A DNA stretch of 64,000 bases from Chrysomallon squamiferum (lineage: Eukaryota; Animalia; Mollusca). The DNA lies in assembly GCA_012295275.1 (NCBI GenBank), contig CM022665.1, forward strand, positions 24,304,001-24,368,000, written 5' to 3'. The notes beneath the pieces are model-generated. The model was not told the origin of the DNA, searched no databases, and was given only the letters and a program-made list of their open reading frames with translations. This document shows positions 1-14,615 of this stretch, piece by piece (the stretch's first letter is position 1; every line of letters starts with the position of its first letter). Both the position numbers and the translations under genes were made by a program.

Positions 1-572
1 TTAATGGCAAGTGTTAAAAAAAAACAAAAAAACCCACATTTATTAAGAATTTTTATTTGTTCTTTCTTGAAAAACAATTTGAGCTAATTTTTACTTTATT
101 TCATTGTTTATATTTTGTATTTTTCACTTTTGTTTTGGAAATACCAGACAGAATTTTATTGTTTCATACCTTTTGAGAGACATTTTTACAAAATTTTCAA
201 TTATTTCTGCTAACATAAAGTATTCATTGTTCTTTTAAGTTTTGTGTAAAGTTTATTTCAAGATGGCTGCTAAAAACGGTAACACTGACTTGAGTGTAAT
301 GGAGCATAGGATCTGTTTAGGATTTTTATTGGCAAGGGTGGATTTTTTTCGTCACACATAATATGGAGGTTTCTGCATGAGTTCCTTCTGATGATGGCTG
401 ATCTATAGGTTTTTTTTTCTTATAGCTTATTGGCTAGGAAATGCCAAGTGCCACTATAGGTCATTACATCCAAGCCATCAATTATCTTTTCTTGCCTCGT
501 CAGTGGTTTTAATACTTTTTTATAGTCTTATTTTGGCTGCTGTATGAGAACTGTTGCATGCTCAGATGGGAT

Positions 573-610
<38 letters not shown>

Positions 611-1389
611 TCTCTCTAAAAAATGTGTACTTTAAAGAAATATAATAATCCATAACATGTCTTCTTTTATTTGTTGTCTTTTTTTTTTTTTTTTTTTTTT
701 CGGAATTATTAATAAATTACATTTTCATTCATAGGAGTTATTAATTTTCATATTCAGCTAATAATTCCTCACAACTAACAAGCATGTTAAAAATAAATTA
801 CATATTTGATTAAAAATGAAATTAAGCATTCTATAATATTAAACACTTTTTTTTTCCTTTTTTTTATTTTATTTTTTTTATTTTTTCTTTCTTTTGGATG
901 GGTCATCAATAATGTGTGAGTATTATGACAGTTACCAAGGCTATGCTAACCAAACATTTAACATTTCCGCACAAAACGAACACCACTGCATTCTGCATTT
1001 TCTTGCGATTTGTATGAGCCTGCGTATGATTACTTGTGCTCTTCTCAATGGCTTTAGAACCTTCCTTGCCCATCCGTCATGCTCCACCATGTCATCATAT
1101 TGCTATGTTGGTCTGGACAGTTTTCCAGCATTGAGCAAGTTTACTTGCTTCTAATTTATGTTCCCATTTCAAGATTCTGACTTTACACTTGAGGAGTTTT
1201 CAGTCGTTAATTCCGACTTGATTCGTAAAACTGCTCTTAACTTGCAGCTCGGATAACCCAGGATAATCTTCCAATCAGCATTTCCTGCTGCCCGGTAATT
1301 ACCAGTTTCTTTTATAGTTGTCCACAGTCAACTGTGGAGGTTGTTAAACACTGAGTGGAGATAAATTAATGCAGCAACTATTGAGCATC

Positions 1390-1760
1390 AGATCAATTTG
1401 ATCACAACATTTTATATTCCTTGATGTTTTTCTTCTTCTTTCCATCTTTCATTCCTTCAATTTGATTATGTTTATATCATAATGATTTTCTTTTTTTTTC
1501 TTTCTTTCCTTCGTACTGTCAGTTTGTTCACAAGATTTATGTCCCTTGATGATTTCTTTCTTTCTTCCTTTCTTTCATTCCTTCAGTTTAATTATGTTTA
1601 TATCATAATGATTTTCGTTTTTCTTTCTTTCATTTGTACTATCAGTTTGTTCACAAGATTTATATCCCTTGATGTTTTCTTCTTTCATTCCTTCAGTTTA
1701 ATTACATTTTTATAATCAATTCTTTCTTTCATTCATTTTTTCAGTTTGTTCATAATAATT
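1390..1760. repeat. Decayed tandem repeat, unit about 125 bp, pyrimidine-rich
   Basis: Recurring tcagtttgttcacaagatttat(g/a)tcccttgatg and ttcattccttcagtttaattatgtttatatcataatgattttc. Boundaries are approximate. Confidence 0.7.
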
Positions 1761-3559
1761 GCATCACTGTTTTTCTTTTCTTTTATTCTTTCTTTATTTC
1801 ATTCCTTCCTCAGATCAGTTTGATACAAATGTCTACAGCTTTGATGTCTTTCTTTTTTCTTTCATTCATAAACAGCAGTTTGCTGCTAACACTTCCTTCG
1901 ATGTTTTTTGTTCCTTTTTTTCTTTTATTCTTTCATTCCTTCTTCTCACTGCAGATAACAACATTTATATCATGATGTTTTGTTTTTTTATTCTTTTTCT
2001 GTCTTTTATTCATAATATATTTTTTTTCTGTTTCTCCTTTGTTTCATTTTTTCTTCCTCCATTCATTGGATAGGTGTCATATTTTTGTTCTTTTTTCATT
2101 CTCTCTTCCTTTCATGTATCAGAGTATTTGTTATTCGATGTTTTTATATTTTTATTCTTTTTTCTTTCGTTCTCTTTTTCTTGTCATTATTCTTTCATCC
2201 ATTTTTCTTTTCTCTTCACCTTCTTATTTTTGCCCCTTAACTGTTCTGTCAGTAAAACAATAAGAGAATATATTAAATTTTTTCTTTCTTTTTTAATTTT
2301 TAATTTTTGAAAAAATACCCATCAGGTTTCTCTCAGTTTGAGACAATTTCTGCAAAATAATTTGTCATTTGTTCAGAAGGCAATTTTATCCCAATATTTG
2401 ATAATTTCAGCAATTTACAATAACCATATCTAATGAACCATATAATATTTCTCTCAAAGGATGGGTTTTTTTGTTGTTATTTCTTTCTTTTTTTAATTTA
2501 ATAAAATTGCTAACATTTTCAATGTTTTGGGAGGGTTTTTTTTAAACATTTTTCTTCTTTTACTTTTTTAAATACATTTTTTTTCTTTTTGGCTTTTTGT
2601 TTTGAAGGGGAACATTAATTGATTAGACACTGTTTATTTGTCATAATGTATCACAATAAAAGCAAATACTTAATATGATGATAACATTTTTAATTTTTTA
2701 ATTAATTTTTTTTAGGGATCCTTTTATCTTTGCTTCATTTTAATTTTATTTGCTTTTAATGGGATTTCTTTATTTTATTTTTTAAATTTTTTTTATTGTT
2801 CTAGGATATTTTATTTATTTATTTATTTATTTTTATTTTAGATTAAGAAAAATCAAATTTAATATCTTACAGCATTTTTAATCTGCTTGATTAAATCTGT
2901 TGAATATATCTAAATAACAACAACAACACAACAACACTAATAACTATATATGTATTAATAAACATACTAAAACTGAACCAAACTTGTAATTTTTATCATT
3001 TCACCATTCATTATAATTATCTGTCTTAATACATAACGTAAGTGAATAATAAAAGCAAAACTCTGACAAATTCTTTCTGTTTACCCAAATCACATCATCA
3101 CCAGAATGTTTACATACTTCAACATATTAACTATATTGCATCTCTAAACGTGACCTTTAACTTTGGTAACACTTCACCATCTGGGCAGAGGCATGACACA
3201 CCAGCATTAGCTTTCAGTATGGCCTGCATGGTGATTGCTTTTGTCAGATGTTACACAACACAAACAGAACTTGTTGGCATCACTGAGTCTGTAGGTGCCA
3301 GAGATGAGCCAAGCGAACAATGACAACAGTTTCCTCTAATTGAAGAAGCTATAATTGCTAATGTGATGATCATTCAATTAGTTCTGTAACCAATCATCGA
3401 GTCTTGATGACCAGTTGCTAGGGTCTGGAAGTTCTCCAGAAGTGTGTCTGCCAGTTGTGACTGGAATGACAAGGATTACAGAGTTTTAAAAATAAATATT
3501 AAAAATAAAAAAAAATTAAAAAATTATTGTTGTCTTCTGGTTTCACGTGACGCATAATT

Positions 3560-4080
3560 TGAAATAGCTTTAATTCCGAGGTTAATTTTGAGTAAAATGT
3601 TGAAGCTGTCACAAACAATAAAAATGTAACTTGAAATAGGTTTAATTCTTGCATTATTATGGATGTTGTAGTTTTTGGATAAAAAATTCAAAATTGACAT
3701 AAACAATAAACATTTTGAAACACGACTTGAAATAGCTTTAATTCATAGATTATGGTTCTGATAGTTTTTGGATAAAATGTAGATAATTTTGAAAAAATAA
3801 AAAGCTGAATCAGTCACAAAGGATAAGAAATGGCTTCAAATAGGTTTAATTCTTAGATTATGGTTATGGTAGGTTTTATATTAAAAAAAAAAATGTACAG
3901 TTTGTCATAAATAATAAAACTGTTATTTAAAACTAGTTTAATGCTGAAAAGATAGTTGTGGTAATTTTTTTTATACAAATGTAGAATTTGCTGCAAATGA
4001 TTAAATGGGTTTAACACTTAGATTATGTTTATGATAATTATTTTGATAAAAATGTTGGAACTGAAACAAATGATGAAGGT
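3560..4080. repeat. Decayed tandem repeat, unit roughly 80-100 bp
   Basis: Recurring aaatag(g/c)tttaattc...agattatggtt...tttttggataaaatgt. Confidence 0.6.
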
Positions 4081-7000
4081 GTGAATTGATATATGTTTTT
4101 GTTCTCAGATGACATGACATTTGTTTTTTAAATTTAATAAATTATATAAAGTCTGGCCATGTTATTATATATCTTCTTTTCCATGGAAAGGACAAAAGAT
4201 CTGTTCCTACAAACCTCAAAGAATAAACCATATAATGCCAGTAGCAAATTTCCTTTGTTTTATAATCATTATGTAAAAGAAAATGTATTTGAAAATTGAT
4301 AACCATTAATATTACAATAGGATGTGATGTCATTAAAGAAATATTTATTTATTCATTCAGCTCTATTTTTCATATTTCTCTGAATATTGTTGTGTAGAGT
4401 TTTTTTTTTTTTTCTCATTCTATTTCTTCTTTCTATAGATTTTGTGTATGGTCAAGTTTGAGTATTTCAATATGACAAGAATGTATGTTAACAAACATTT
4501 CCAGATTACAAAGATTATCAAATTTAAGTGTTTAGTTTTCACATCAGCATGTCCAGCTCACAGTTTTATGATTTAGTAGACATGGAAGTCATCAATTACT
4601 TATAACCAATGAGTCTGCTTTATGGTTCAGTTGTTTTGGACACAGTTTGTGTGTTACACCATTCCTCCAAGAAACAGGGAGCACTGATTTTTTTTTTTGA
4701 TTTTTTTTTTACTTCCCTTACCCCACATATCAGCATCAGATTTTTGATTTACTGATCTGTGGCAGGCATACACTGAATGGTACAAGATGTTTTGGAGAGT
4801 TGTGTCGTAGATTCTTAACTAATGTTTTTTTGAAAAGTGATACGCTTTCACACATCCAGAGATTCCACAATTTTTCATGAATGATTTATCTCTGGTGAAT
4901 GATGATATTTTTGAGGATGATGGCTTTTCTACAGAAAAAAAAACCTCCCACTAATTCTTCTTTGTCTGCCACTATATTAGCACTTGCTCAAAAACAAATT
5001 TGTCTTGACAGCTTATCAGTTGCAGGAATCTAACAAAACTGACAAGGTTATAAAATTCATCTGTCCATGTTTATGCAAATAGTTGCATAAAACAAAACAA
5101 AAGGAATTAAAAAGAAGAAAAAGTACAAGATTTTCTTTTACAGAGATAATGTAATCAGATGAGTGCATTGCTTTGTGATTTGCCATGACATTTTTATGGT
5201 TAACACCCACAGAGCCAGTTGATGTCATTTGTTAATTCTGTTGTTTAAATTTCAGTGTGAAGTATGAGCATGCAAATAATGATAACAGAATTTCAAAATA
5301 GATTTAATTCCTAAATGAAAAAGAAAATACATTTTGGTATTTATATATATTAAATTGTTTTTAAATGACAGATCTTGGTATTTATATATGAAGTGTTTTT
5401 AAGCAACAGATAAAGTGAGTTATTTTTTTAAGGAAAAAACCCATATCGTGGTATTTATAAATATAAAATGTTTTGAAACAGGAGTTCTCTGTTACATACA
5501 GCCAGAACTGTATAAAATAATTTATAGTAGTTTCTTTTTATAAAGAAATTAATTATTTATTTCAGTTATTGAAACATACTTAATGGCAGTATCATAATAA
5601 AGTATTCTAAACATTTTAAAAATTATTCTTATCAATTTTGATACATATATTAATTTTAAAACAAAACCTTAGAATAAAGAAACAGCTATAAACACAGGGT
5701 CATTTTTTTTCAATTTCACCTGTGTATTTGGCTGAGGCTTAATCCAAAGAAATGAACTTCAGCGCATTGTTATATCTTAATATAGGCTCAGGTAAAGCAT
5801 TTATACAGCATTTACAGCTATGAAAAATAACCATGCCATATATTTAACATGGTAGATTTACTACCTGACACTATGTACGGTCTGGGACTAAGAAAACTGA
5901 ACACCTTGCATGTGAAATATACAGCCTGTCAATCAAACATTTTACAGGTAAATTAATCAAGCAATTCACAGGGAAATTGATTACTTTAGGGATGTTGTGT
6001 TTTCCCGAGTTTTGCCTTGAAGGGAATTTCTCTGTGTTAAATATTCATGTTTATTTACCGTGATGAGTAACATTCAGATACCTGTATTGTGTTTAATCAG
6101 CCAGTGGCATTAGTAAACTTGATAATGTATTACTATGTCATAGGATCATAGGATTCGAAAAGAACTTTGTCTATTTGTTGCCATGGTTTATTGGACAAGT
6201 CTAATCTCTTTGATGGCTTAATTGGATTATTGTAACAGCAGCAATTGTTTGCCATGGCAACATTATAAAAAAATGGAATTTTTTTATTTTTTATAGGTTG
6301 ATGAATTAATTAATCAACAACCTTATTTCCAGTTTTTATTGTAGTTATAACTGGTTTTTCCACACTTGGGAATTATGCCATATATAAATCATTTTTCTTC
6401 TTTCTCTTTTTTTTTTATTTGTCTAGTTCAATATTTTGTGGAATACAGATTTTGCGAAGTTTTAGATTTTGTATGAGAATAAAGATTTTGATTATTTAAG
6501 ATATTAATTTCTACACATCAGTTATGATTATCACTATATGTTTTTCTCTTAATCAGTTTATTTTTAATTTAAATTTTAGAAAAATCAAACATACAACCAC
6601 TCATACCCACATTTTTGGCCATCTTTATTTCCTTCTTCATGATGAAATAATTCAATCTTCAAATGTATATCCATTATCTCAGTGGTAATATCTCCCTTTT
6701 TAAAAAAAATCCTGGAACTGATTCTGAAAAATACAAGCCTTTTAAAGAATATAGAAAAAAATATTGACTTTTACTTTAATCAAATGCTTTCATATAGTTT
6801 TTCAGAATACTTTATAAAACCACTAGGCACACTCCCCTTCCAAACATTATTTACCTCCTCGTAAGAACAATGAAAATTTCCAAATTAATTTTGAGTTGCA
6901 TGTTTTCAATGAGCTGAACAAATATTATGTCTTTATTAGTGCTGAACCACCAGTTGTTAAATTCCTATTACATTTAAACTACGTCTTGTATCAATAATGG

Positions 7001-7311
7001 CTTTGTTATGTGCCTCATGTGGATTCATACAAGGCAATGTGTGGAAGTAAAATGAAATGATGATGTATGCTTAGTTGGATTTAAAATAAGTTATGTGTCT
7101 TTTATAGATTTATACTTGGTCATGTACATTTTGTAACTTGAAAATATGGTCATTTATTTTTAACAAGTATTCATTTTGATTGTCTATGTTTAATAGCTTT
7201 GAACTGGGTGATGTGCATTTACTCGGTCCACAGTTGACACAAAACCTTTGATCTTTTCTGGAATAAAATGGGACTTTCACTATTTATATTACTTTCTTTG
7301 AATTTTTATTG

Positions 7312-7450
<139 letters not shown>

Positions 7451-10400
7451 CTCTGTCTTTCTGTCTGTGTGTCTGTCTATCTATCCATCTATCTCTCCCC
7501 TTCATTTTGTTTTTCCAATACAATCAATACTGAATAGCATGATGAGGATCATGCTCTGATGTAGATCTCCATTATCTAACAATCTTACTGTTTTAATTTA
7601 TCACTTTGATCTCACAGACAGGTATTCCATACAGACAATACGAGATGGTTTTGTCGTGTATAATTCATGCTTGTTTCACATGAGTCATGAATCTTCTTTT
7701 TTTTATCTTCCCCTTTTCTGACATCTTCATTGGTCTTCAGAGTATTTGACCAAAACTGAAACGGCAGTTAAACATTGCCAGAAGGCATAATTTGAAAGGA
7801 AAAAAAAATCATGATAGAAATAAAAAAATAAAATGACCTCTCATGAAAGGGCTATCATAAAGACCCATGGGCTTGACTCAACAGTTATCGCTAAAGCATG
7901 GAGTAAAGTTAAGTGACAAGATTGTACTCTATGATGGGCTGGAGACTCAGACTATGGGATCATCTCCCTAAGGGCCAATTAATTTGTCAGAAACAATTCA
8001 ATTCAAGTCTAATTTGTTTAACACAGTACAAAGAAGCCCAATGCTGCCGTCTTAAACTGTTAGGGAATGTTGCATGACAAATGGCTTGGTCCTGCTCCCA
8101 GGATTCCTGTTGTTATTGTAAGACTAATCTGGTCATTATCTCCACACTGGTGAGCTTTTCAGGGGACATAATCTTATTCAAGGCCTGATCCAGACAATCT
8201 GTGGCTTTTTCTATTGGCCAATTCAGCCTCCTGAGGATCTGGGATTAAAGTAAATTGTTCGGTGTCAATGACAAATAACAAGATAAGTGCATTTGTGATT
8301 CTCCCATTCCAACCTGTATTCAAGTTAATGATTATTTAAGAGGGTTGCTTGAACTGTGCCTTTTCTTTAAATTTAAAAATTTCACTGTCTCTATAAGTTT
8401 TTATTGTTATTTTTTCAACTAATAATTAATTTTGGTCAGATTTTATTTATTTACTTATATATCTATATATATTTACATATATACATATATACATTTGTCT
8501 ATTATTATAGCTTTTTCTTTTAATAACTAACAGATCATACATAAATCATATTTTTAAATATATTTTACCCTTCAAATTAAAGTTAACACTAAAATAAAAA
8601 AATCATAATCCCCATTACAGATATCCCTTTCATAAAGTCACAGTTGCTGAGATGCTGAGATACTGAGATAAGTAAACTGGCTAAAACAATACATTATCCA
8701 ACTGTTTGCTGATTTTCTCATACTTCGTTTAGGATGTAACCTACTGACAGTGTCTAGTAGAGTAAAGGATTAATAGATATCCTTTTCATCATTTCAGATC
8801 TAGTTATTGTATTAAAGTTTGGATTTTTGATTATCAGTTTCTGTTTGAAATAATAATAAAATATTGGTGGCAGGGAAATATTAAATATATTCATCTTCAA
8901 TTTAATTGTCTAAAAATGATTGTGGAAAAAAAAAAGGGGTGGCTTTTCTAAAAAAAAAAAAAAAAGAAGAACTATTTTTTAAATGTCTTTTATTTAGAAA
9001 AGTGTATTTTATATTACCGAATGAAAAAAGAAGAAGAGTTAATTAGATATCTTTCTTCTCGTTTCTAACATTCAACAACCAAAAAACAAAAAAAAAACAA
9101 TTTCTGGAAATACATCATTCATAGTGATTGAGTAGAAACCATGGTAAAATTGTTGCCTGTTGCTGGTACAATAATCAAATTTTGTCACCATCTGACAAGC
9201 TTGTGGAATACACCCATCTAAACAACAAGTGTTCCTTTTGGCTGTCACCTGATTCTCCAGTCTCATCACTTGGTGGCAGTCTTTGTCCTTGGTGAATTCC
9301 TCCATTGAGTCTGTGCATCGAGTCCGTGCTGATAACTGCAGGCTTTCTCTACAATCATCAGAAATGTTTTCTTTCCTCTCAGTCAACTTGAAAATTAGAT
9401 TTTCTCCCAAGCCAGGCTTTCGGGGCAAGTTGCTAGCAAATGTAAATAGATTCCACATGAGGAATAACTTTGTCATGACGCTCTATTCACGACTGCGGAA
9501 TGGTAAAACATTGACCATACATTGTGATTGCACTGAATTAAGCAGATTACACTCTGAGATCTAGCTTTAATGATTGCCTGCCTGCGGTGCACGACTTCGG
9601 TGCAGTAGCGCAATCAGCAGTGTTAATATATTAGGTGACAAGCCCATCTCGCTGTTGTCTTTGATGTTGAGAGAAATGATAAACATTCAACAAAATGAAG
9701 TGTTGCATTTTGACATGTTTTGCACAACTTTCGTTTTTGAAAAACGTTTTTTTTTTTTCTTTTTTTATAAAAATAAAACAACACTAACAGATAATTATTA
9801 TTTCATAATCTTCCTGTCACTTTTTTAAAGCTATGTGTCGGAATAGTTCTGGGGAGATGCCAAGCATGGCTGTTACTGCAGTAAGGTTTAATAACAAAAA
9901 AGTGTCATCTCTGAATTGCCAATGTCAGTCTAATCACTTGCATGAGTTAGTCACATATGCAGCACTGACACATTTGTCAGGAATCCCTTGATATGTAATT
10001 TCGGGGGTAAAAAATAAACTACATGTTATTACAACAGACTTGATAAGGTTGTTGGCAAATATTCATACTCTTCAATCACTCTTGTAAAATAGTATGTTAA
10101 TTTGAGAGCATCATCCAGACATTCATGGATTTTGGTAAAGAGAATACCAGTTTGCAACAAATCTGTTATTATGCAAAGCAGACTTTCTTCTTACTTGTAA
10201 TCACAGCTTTGTTTTGACATCTGTAGCATTTATAACTTCAGTGATATCTGAAAGTTGCTATTATATTGTTTTTGATACAAAAGAAATCTTGATATTTTTT
10301 AGTGAAATATTGGAGGTCCACACCATTTAATAACACAGAAAGCATCAGCTGTAATGTTTCTACTGCGAGGTAGTTTTTTTGAAATATGGATATGTGTCAT

Positions 10401-10609
10401 ATTGAAGTCAGCTAAAATACTGATCATTGTTAGTGTCATATTGGAAATCAATACCTTTTATATCATACAGAGTATCTAGTATCAGTTATTATGATTTTAA
10501 TACATATTTGAAATTTGGATATTTGTCACTCTGAAGGCAGCTAATATTATATGGTTTTGAAATAAAAATTAATAGAAATAACAAATACCACTATTATTAT
10601 AATTGTAAT

Positions 10610-10945
10610 GAATACTGGATTAAAATGTAACTGAAATCACTATTAAAATGCACTATATCTGCTAGAAACAATATTGCTGAAATGTAAGTAAACACTATAA
10701 GACTGATATAATTACAAATCATTGTTAGACTGAATTAGAACTAAAATCACTATGCAGCTGAAATATAACTAATCATTATTGGACTGCCTAAAATCTCCAC
10801 AGAACTGAAATAAACTGAAATCACAACAGAACTGAAATGTATAAATAATCACTATTAAACTGATGAATAATTAATCATTACTGAACTGAGAAGAAGCTAA
10901 AAATCTCTATCAAACTGATATAAAATAAACTGAAATCAGAACTCC
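10610..10945. repeat. Decayed minisatellite, unit about 30 bp
   Basis: Recurring aactgaaat...aatcactatt elements. Confidence 0.65.
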
Positions 10946-13434
10946 ACTGAAGCAATATTGCCATTCACAGCGGTAAAAGAAGATAACAGAAATGGAGAAA
11001 CAGCCTTGCTTTTCACTAGGTTATAAGATTAACTTATTTGCATCGACTGAAATCTGGTTTCACCAACAAACTGATTAAAGGTAATGAAGCATGTGTTAGC
11101 AGATCCCACCAATCATTTCTTAGTATTTCTGTAACTGCTGGTGTTGGCACAACAAAACCATTTTTTTTCTTTTTAATCCCATTTTCTTTTTCTTTATACG
11201 TTCGTTAATTTTTTTCATTTTTCTTTTAGGGAGAGAAAATCTTTTTAATTTGTGAAGGAAAATCTTATTAATTTGTGAAAGAAATACATATTATTTTAAT
11301 TTCTCTTTTAAGGGTTGATAAGGGGAAATGTTTTTAATTTCTTAAACCGGTACAGTCATCCAGACTGATAAATGTTGACAATAATAATTTGTTTTCTTCG
11401 ATTCCTGTATGGGTACTTGAAGAAACCTTTGAGAAGTCGCGCAAAAGAAAACATTTGGAATTACTTTACACATTAAACAAATAAATAAAAAAGTAAATAA
11501 TTAAATAAATAAATAAACAAAATTTCTTTAATGAAGTCTCCACATATTATTACATGTCAGACAAATTATTTTTGTTATTAAAATAAAAGCAAGACGTATT
11601 TTATATACACTTCCAGTAGATGGGGAATCATGATGAAAACCTAACAGTGTGGAAATCATTGGAAAGGGAAATACTTTAAAGATTTGATCACTAAGTCTCT
11701 ATCAGACCTGGGACACATAACTCTGTTTTGAGACTAGATCACTACTTGAGCCAGACAGGACTGAGACGTAATTCCTATTCTAGGTTATATTTGTTAAACA
11801 TTTCAGTGTACCAGTGAAGACATATAACTAACTGTCTATGGGTTATATCACCTTACCCCACCTGCTGATTAAACAACATTAAACAACTTTTCTCTCCTAT
11901 GAGTCTCTTCCTATCTAATCCATCTTGAACATATATAAATATAAGACACTAATTCATGATCAAGATTGGTGGTCTTACTCCCAGCATGAAGGGATGTAGC
12001 TCGTGTACAAAGAGTTGACTCGCTTTTTTTCAAGCTGTGTCCAATCTTGTTCTAGAATCTTCTGATTCTCATCTTAAAGCTGTGAAATTCTCTTACACAT
12101 TTCTAAATCTTTCTTATCTGGGAAATCTTGATACACACACAGGTCTTGTAGACTAGTATGGGTTTATTTTTTTGTCTCCGCAGATGTTCAGGTTTGCTTA
12201 TGTAATACAGCAAGTATTTCACACCATGTGGACATAAATTTGAACTAACTTTAAAAAACTTGTAGGGTTAAATAACTGCATCATGTTGATTTGGCTATGT
12301 TCTAGTTTCCATTTTTTTTTAAACTGGTTCCAGGTTTATAGAAATTTAGAGTGTGATTAAAAAGAGCTACATCAGTATGTTTTTCATTCTGATCACTGAA
12401 AAATAGATTATTTCATTAATTTGTATTCTGTGAGTTCTAATTTTCTCGTTATGTGAATAGTCTCTTATCGTATCCTTTTTCTGTATTTTTATTTCTACTC
12501 ATGTTTGTTTTTTCAATATATCCATTCAAATTTTTTTTTATTTAACAATCTTTTTAAATGCATTCATTTTCATTTGTACATTACATTTGTTTTCAATAAA
12601 TTATTTATATATATCACTAAAAGAACCTTCTTATCCATAAATTTTTTAAATATTCTTTCACACACACTCATATTTATTAATTTACTTTCGAACTTACTTA
12701 CATTTTTAAAGCATGTTTTCTCAATATATGCAGTCTTGTTATTCATTGTTTTAATTTATTTTTAGTACATCCTGTTATTTATTTATTTACATACTTATTC
12801 ATTTATTCATTTATTTATTTATTTATTAACCATCCATCCATCAATACATTTATCTATCTCACTTCATCAAAAAATGTCACTCAGTTAATCTGTAACAGTT
12901 CTAGACTGGGCTGGGTTCAGACTGAAAGTCACCAAACTTTCAGCATTAAGAGATCATTAAAAACAGTTCTGTCACAGTTCTTACCCAGGGGTCTCTCCAA
13001 TCCCATGAACTCTGACCCAGCTGCACTTTGCACATGTTTTAATGTTTTAATGCTTCACAACCCATGCACACATTTGTTTGATCTGAGCATGTAACAGTAT
13101 CATTTTCTTGCTTGATAGATGACTAGGCCGATAAAAAAAATTTCAACATAAAATTTTCACAAGATCAAATGTCAAACGGATAACTTTAATTTGCAGAAAG
13201 TTTTAAATAAAAAATATTTTTATCATTTATTTATTTATCTCACATTTCTTCCTGTACTTTGAGGCTGGGTCAGTGATATGAATTATTGTGCAATAATGTC
13301 ATAGGTCAGACTGTCAAATATTTTTTAATATTTTACACTTCCTTAATGTTCGGGACTGCTTGCTGTTTTCATATCCTCAGCAGTTAAAATGATGGTAATT
13401 TTTTTTAAATTAGATATCTTTATAAAGAGACTAC

Positions 13435-13960
13435 ATGTTTTAAAATTTCAAATATAATTTCTAAGGCACTGACTTGTTAAGAGTTGGTTTTGGAGTTAAA
13501 CCTGTATATTGGAAACATTACCAGTAATTACATTTCATACAGAACCTGATTAGACAGTTTTCACTTGAAAGGTTGTCCAATTACGAAGTTTTGTTTGCGT
13601 GTTAAAATTTCAAAATATAATTTCTGTTCTTAAAGGCACTTTTGGAGTTTACAGGAGATTATGCTGAAAAATTAAAAAATACTGTTTAGAACTCTACACA
13701 GGCAGTTTTCAATGAAACATTTCTGATTACAGTTTCACTGAGTATTAAAATATCAGTTCTAATTTCTGTGCTTGTTTCTTTAAGGTCAGTTTTGGAATTA
13801 AATCTGTATACTGGAAACATCTCATCAGTTAAGCTTCATGCTAAACTTGATAGAAACTATTCACTGATTACAAAGTTTTTCTTAAAATTTCGAATGTAAT
13901 TTCTCTGCTTGTTTTGGTAAATCCAGTTTTAAAGTGAAGTATGTGTATATGTCAAAGACT
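13435..13960. repeat. Decayed tandem repeat, unit about 140-160 bp
   Basis: ttaaaatttc(a)aatataatttct...ttttggagtt recurs near 13440, 13603, 13746 and 13882. Confidence 0.6.
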
Positions 13961-14411
13961 GTAAATTGGTAAAATAAAAATCATTTCAAACTGATTTAAA
14001 AAATTTTCCTTTAGATTTATTTAAAGTGTTTTTTCCAGGTTTTGGTTAATTTTGGAATATTCTTTATTCAGATTACAAAGTGTTGCTGGGTTTCAGTTCA
14101 AATTAATTTGTATTCCAGCATGCACATATTTTTATAAATTTTAGAACATTGACAACCTAATTATTTTTCTACCACTATATTGATACTTACTCAATCTTTA
14201 TACTATTTTAGATTCTATTTAAGCAATATAGAAATTGCATGTTTTATTATTTCACAGGTAACAGAAGTCTAAAATGAAATAAAAAGAATTTTCTTCCATA
14301 AATTACAAAATGATTTACATAATGACTTTTCTGGTTTTAGTTCAAGTCCAGTAAGATTCAGCAACAAATAATAATCACACATTAACAAATATTTTATTTT
14401 TACAATTTCAG

Positions 14412-14615
14412 GTAAAGGTTATGCTTCGCCTTGTCCATAGCTCAGGACATGGAGAACAGGGTACATCTTTCCTGAACGTTGACCCCAGAAAGAAGCAGGT
14501 CACGGTCTATGACCCCTCTGCTGGAGGCTACACAACAACAGCCAGTCGGAGAGCTGGTATTGCTGCACCAAAAATGTTTGCCTTTGATTCCGTTTTCTCA
14601 CCAGATGATTCTTTG
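14412..14615 (+). CDS. KIF26: KIF26-like kinesin, motor-domain exon A (VKVMLRLVHSSGHGEQGTSFLNVDPRKKQVTVYDP...APKMFAFDSVFSPDDSL)
   Basis: Acceptor tttcag ends at 14411 and donor gtaag starts at 14616. The exon is 204 nt, phase 0-0. VKVMLR and KMFAFDxVF match the start of the KIF26 motor domain. Confidence 0.95.

Noticed and set aside
1050-1120. Frame reading ...PIRHAPPC..., reminiscent of the KIF26 pre-motor PPPAPPCLLR block
   Set aside because: The flanking residues do not match and there are no suitable splice sites, so it is a chance similarity.
9072-9564. Overlapping 134-aa (-) and 93-aa (+) ORFs
   Set aside because: No recognisable domain and no convincing exon structure.
11991-12030. 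tRNA-like 5' sequence gggatgtagctc
   Set aside because: There is no cloverleaf or B box downstream. At most it is a decayed SINE head, not a tRNA gene.
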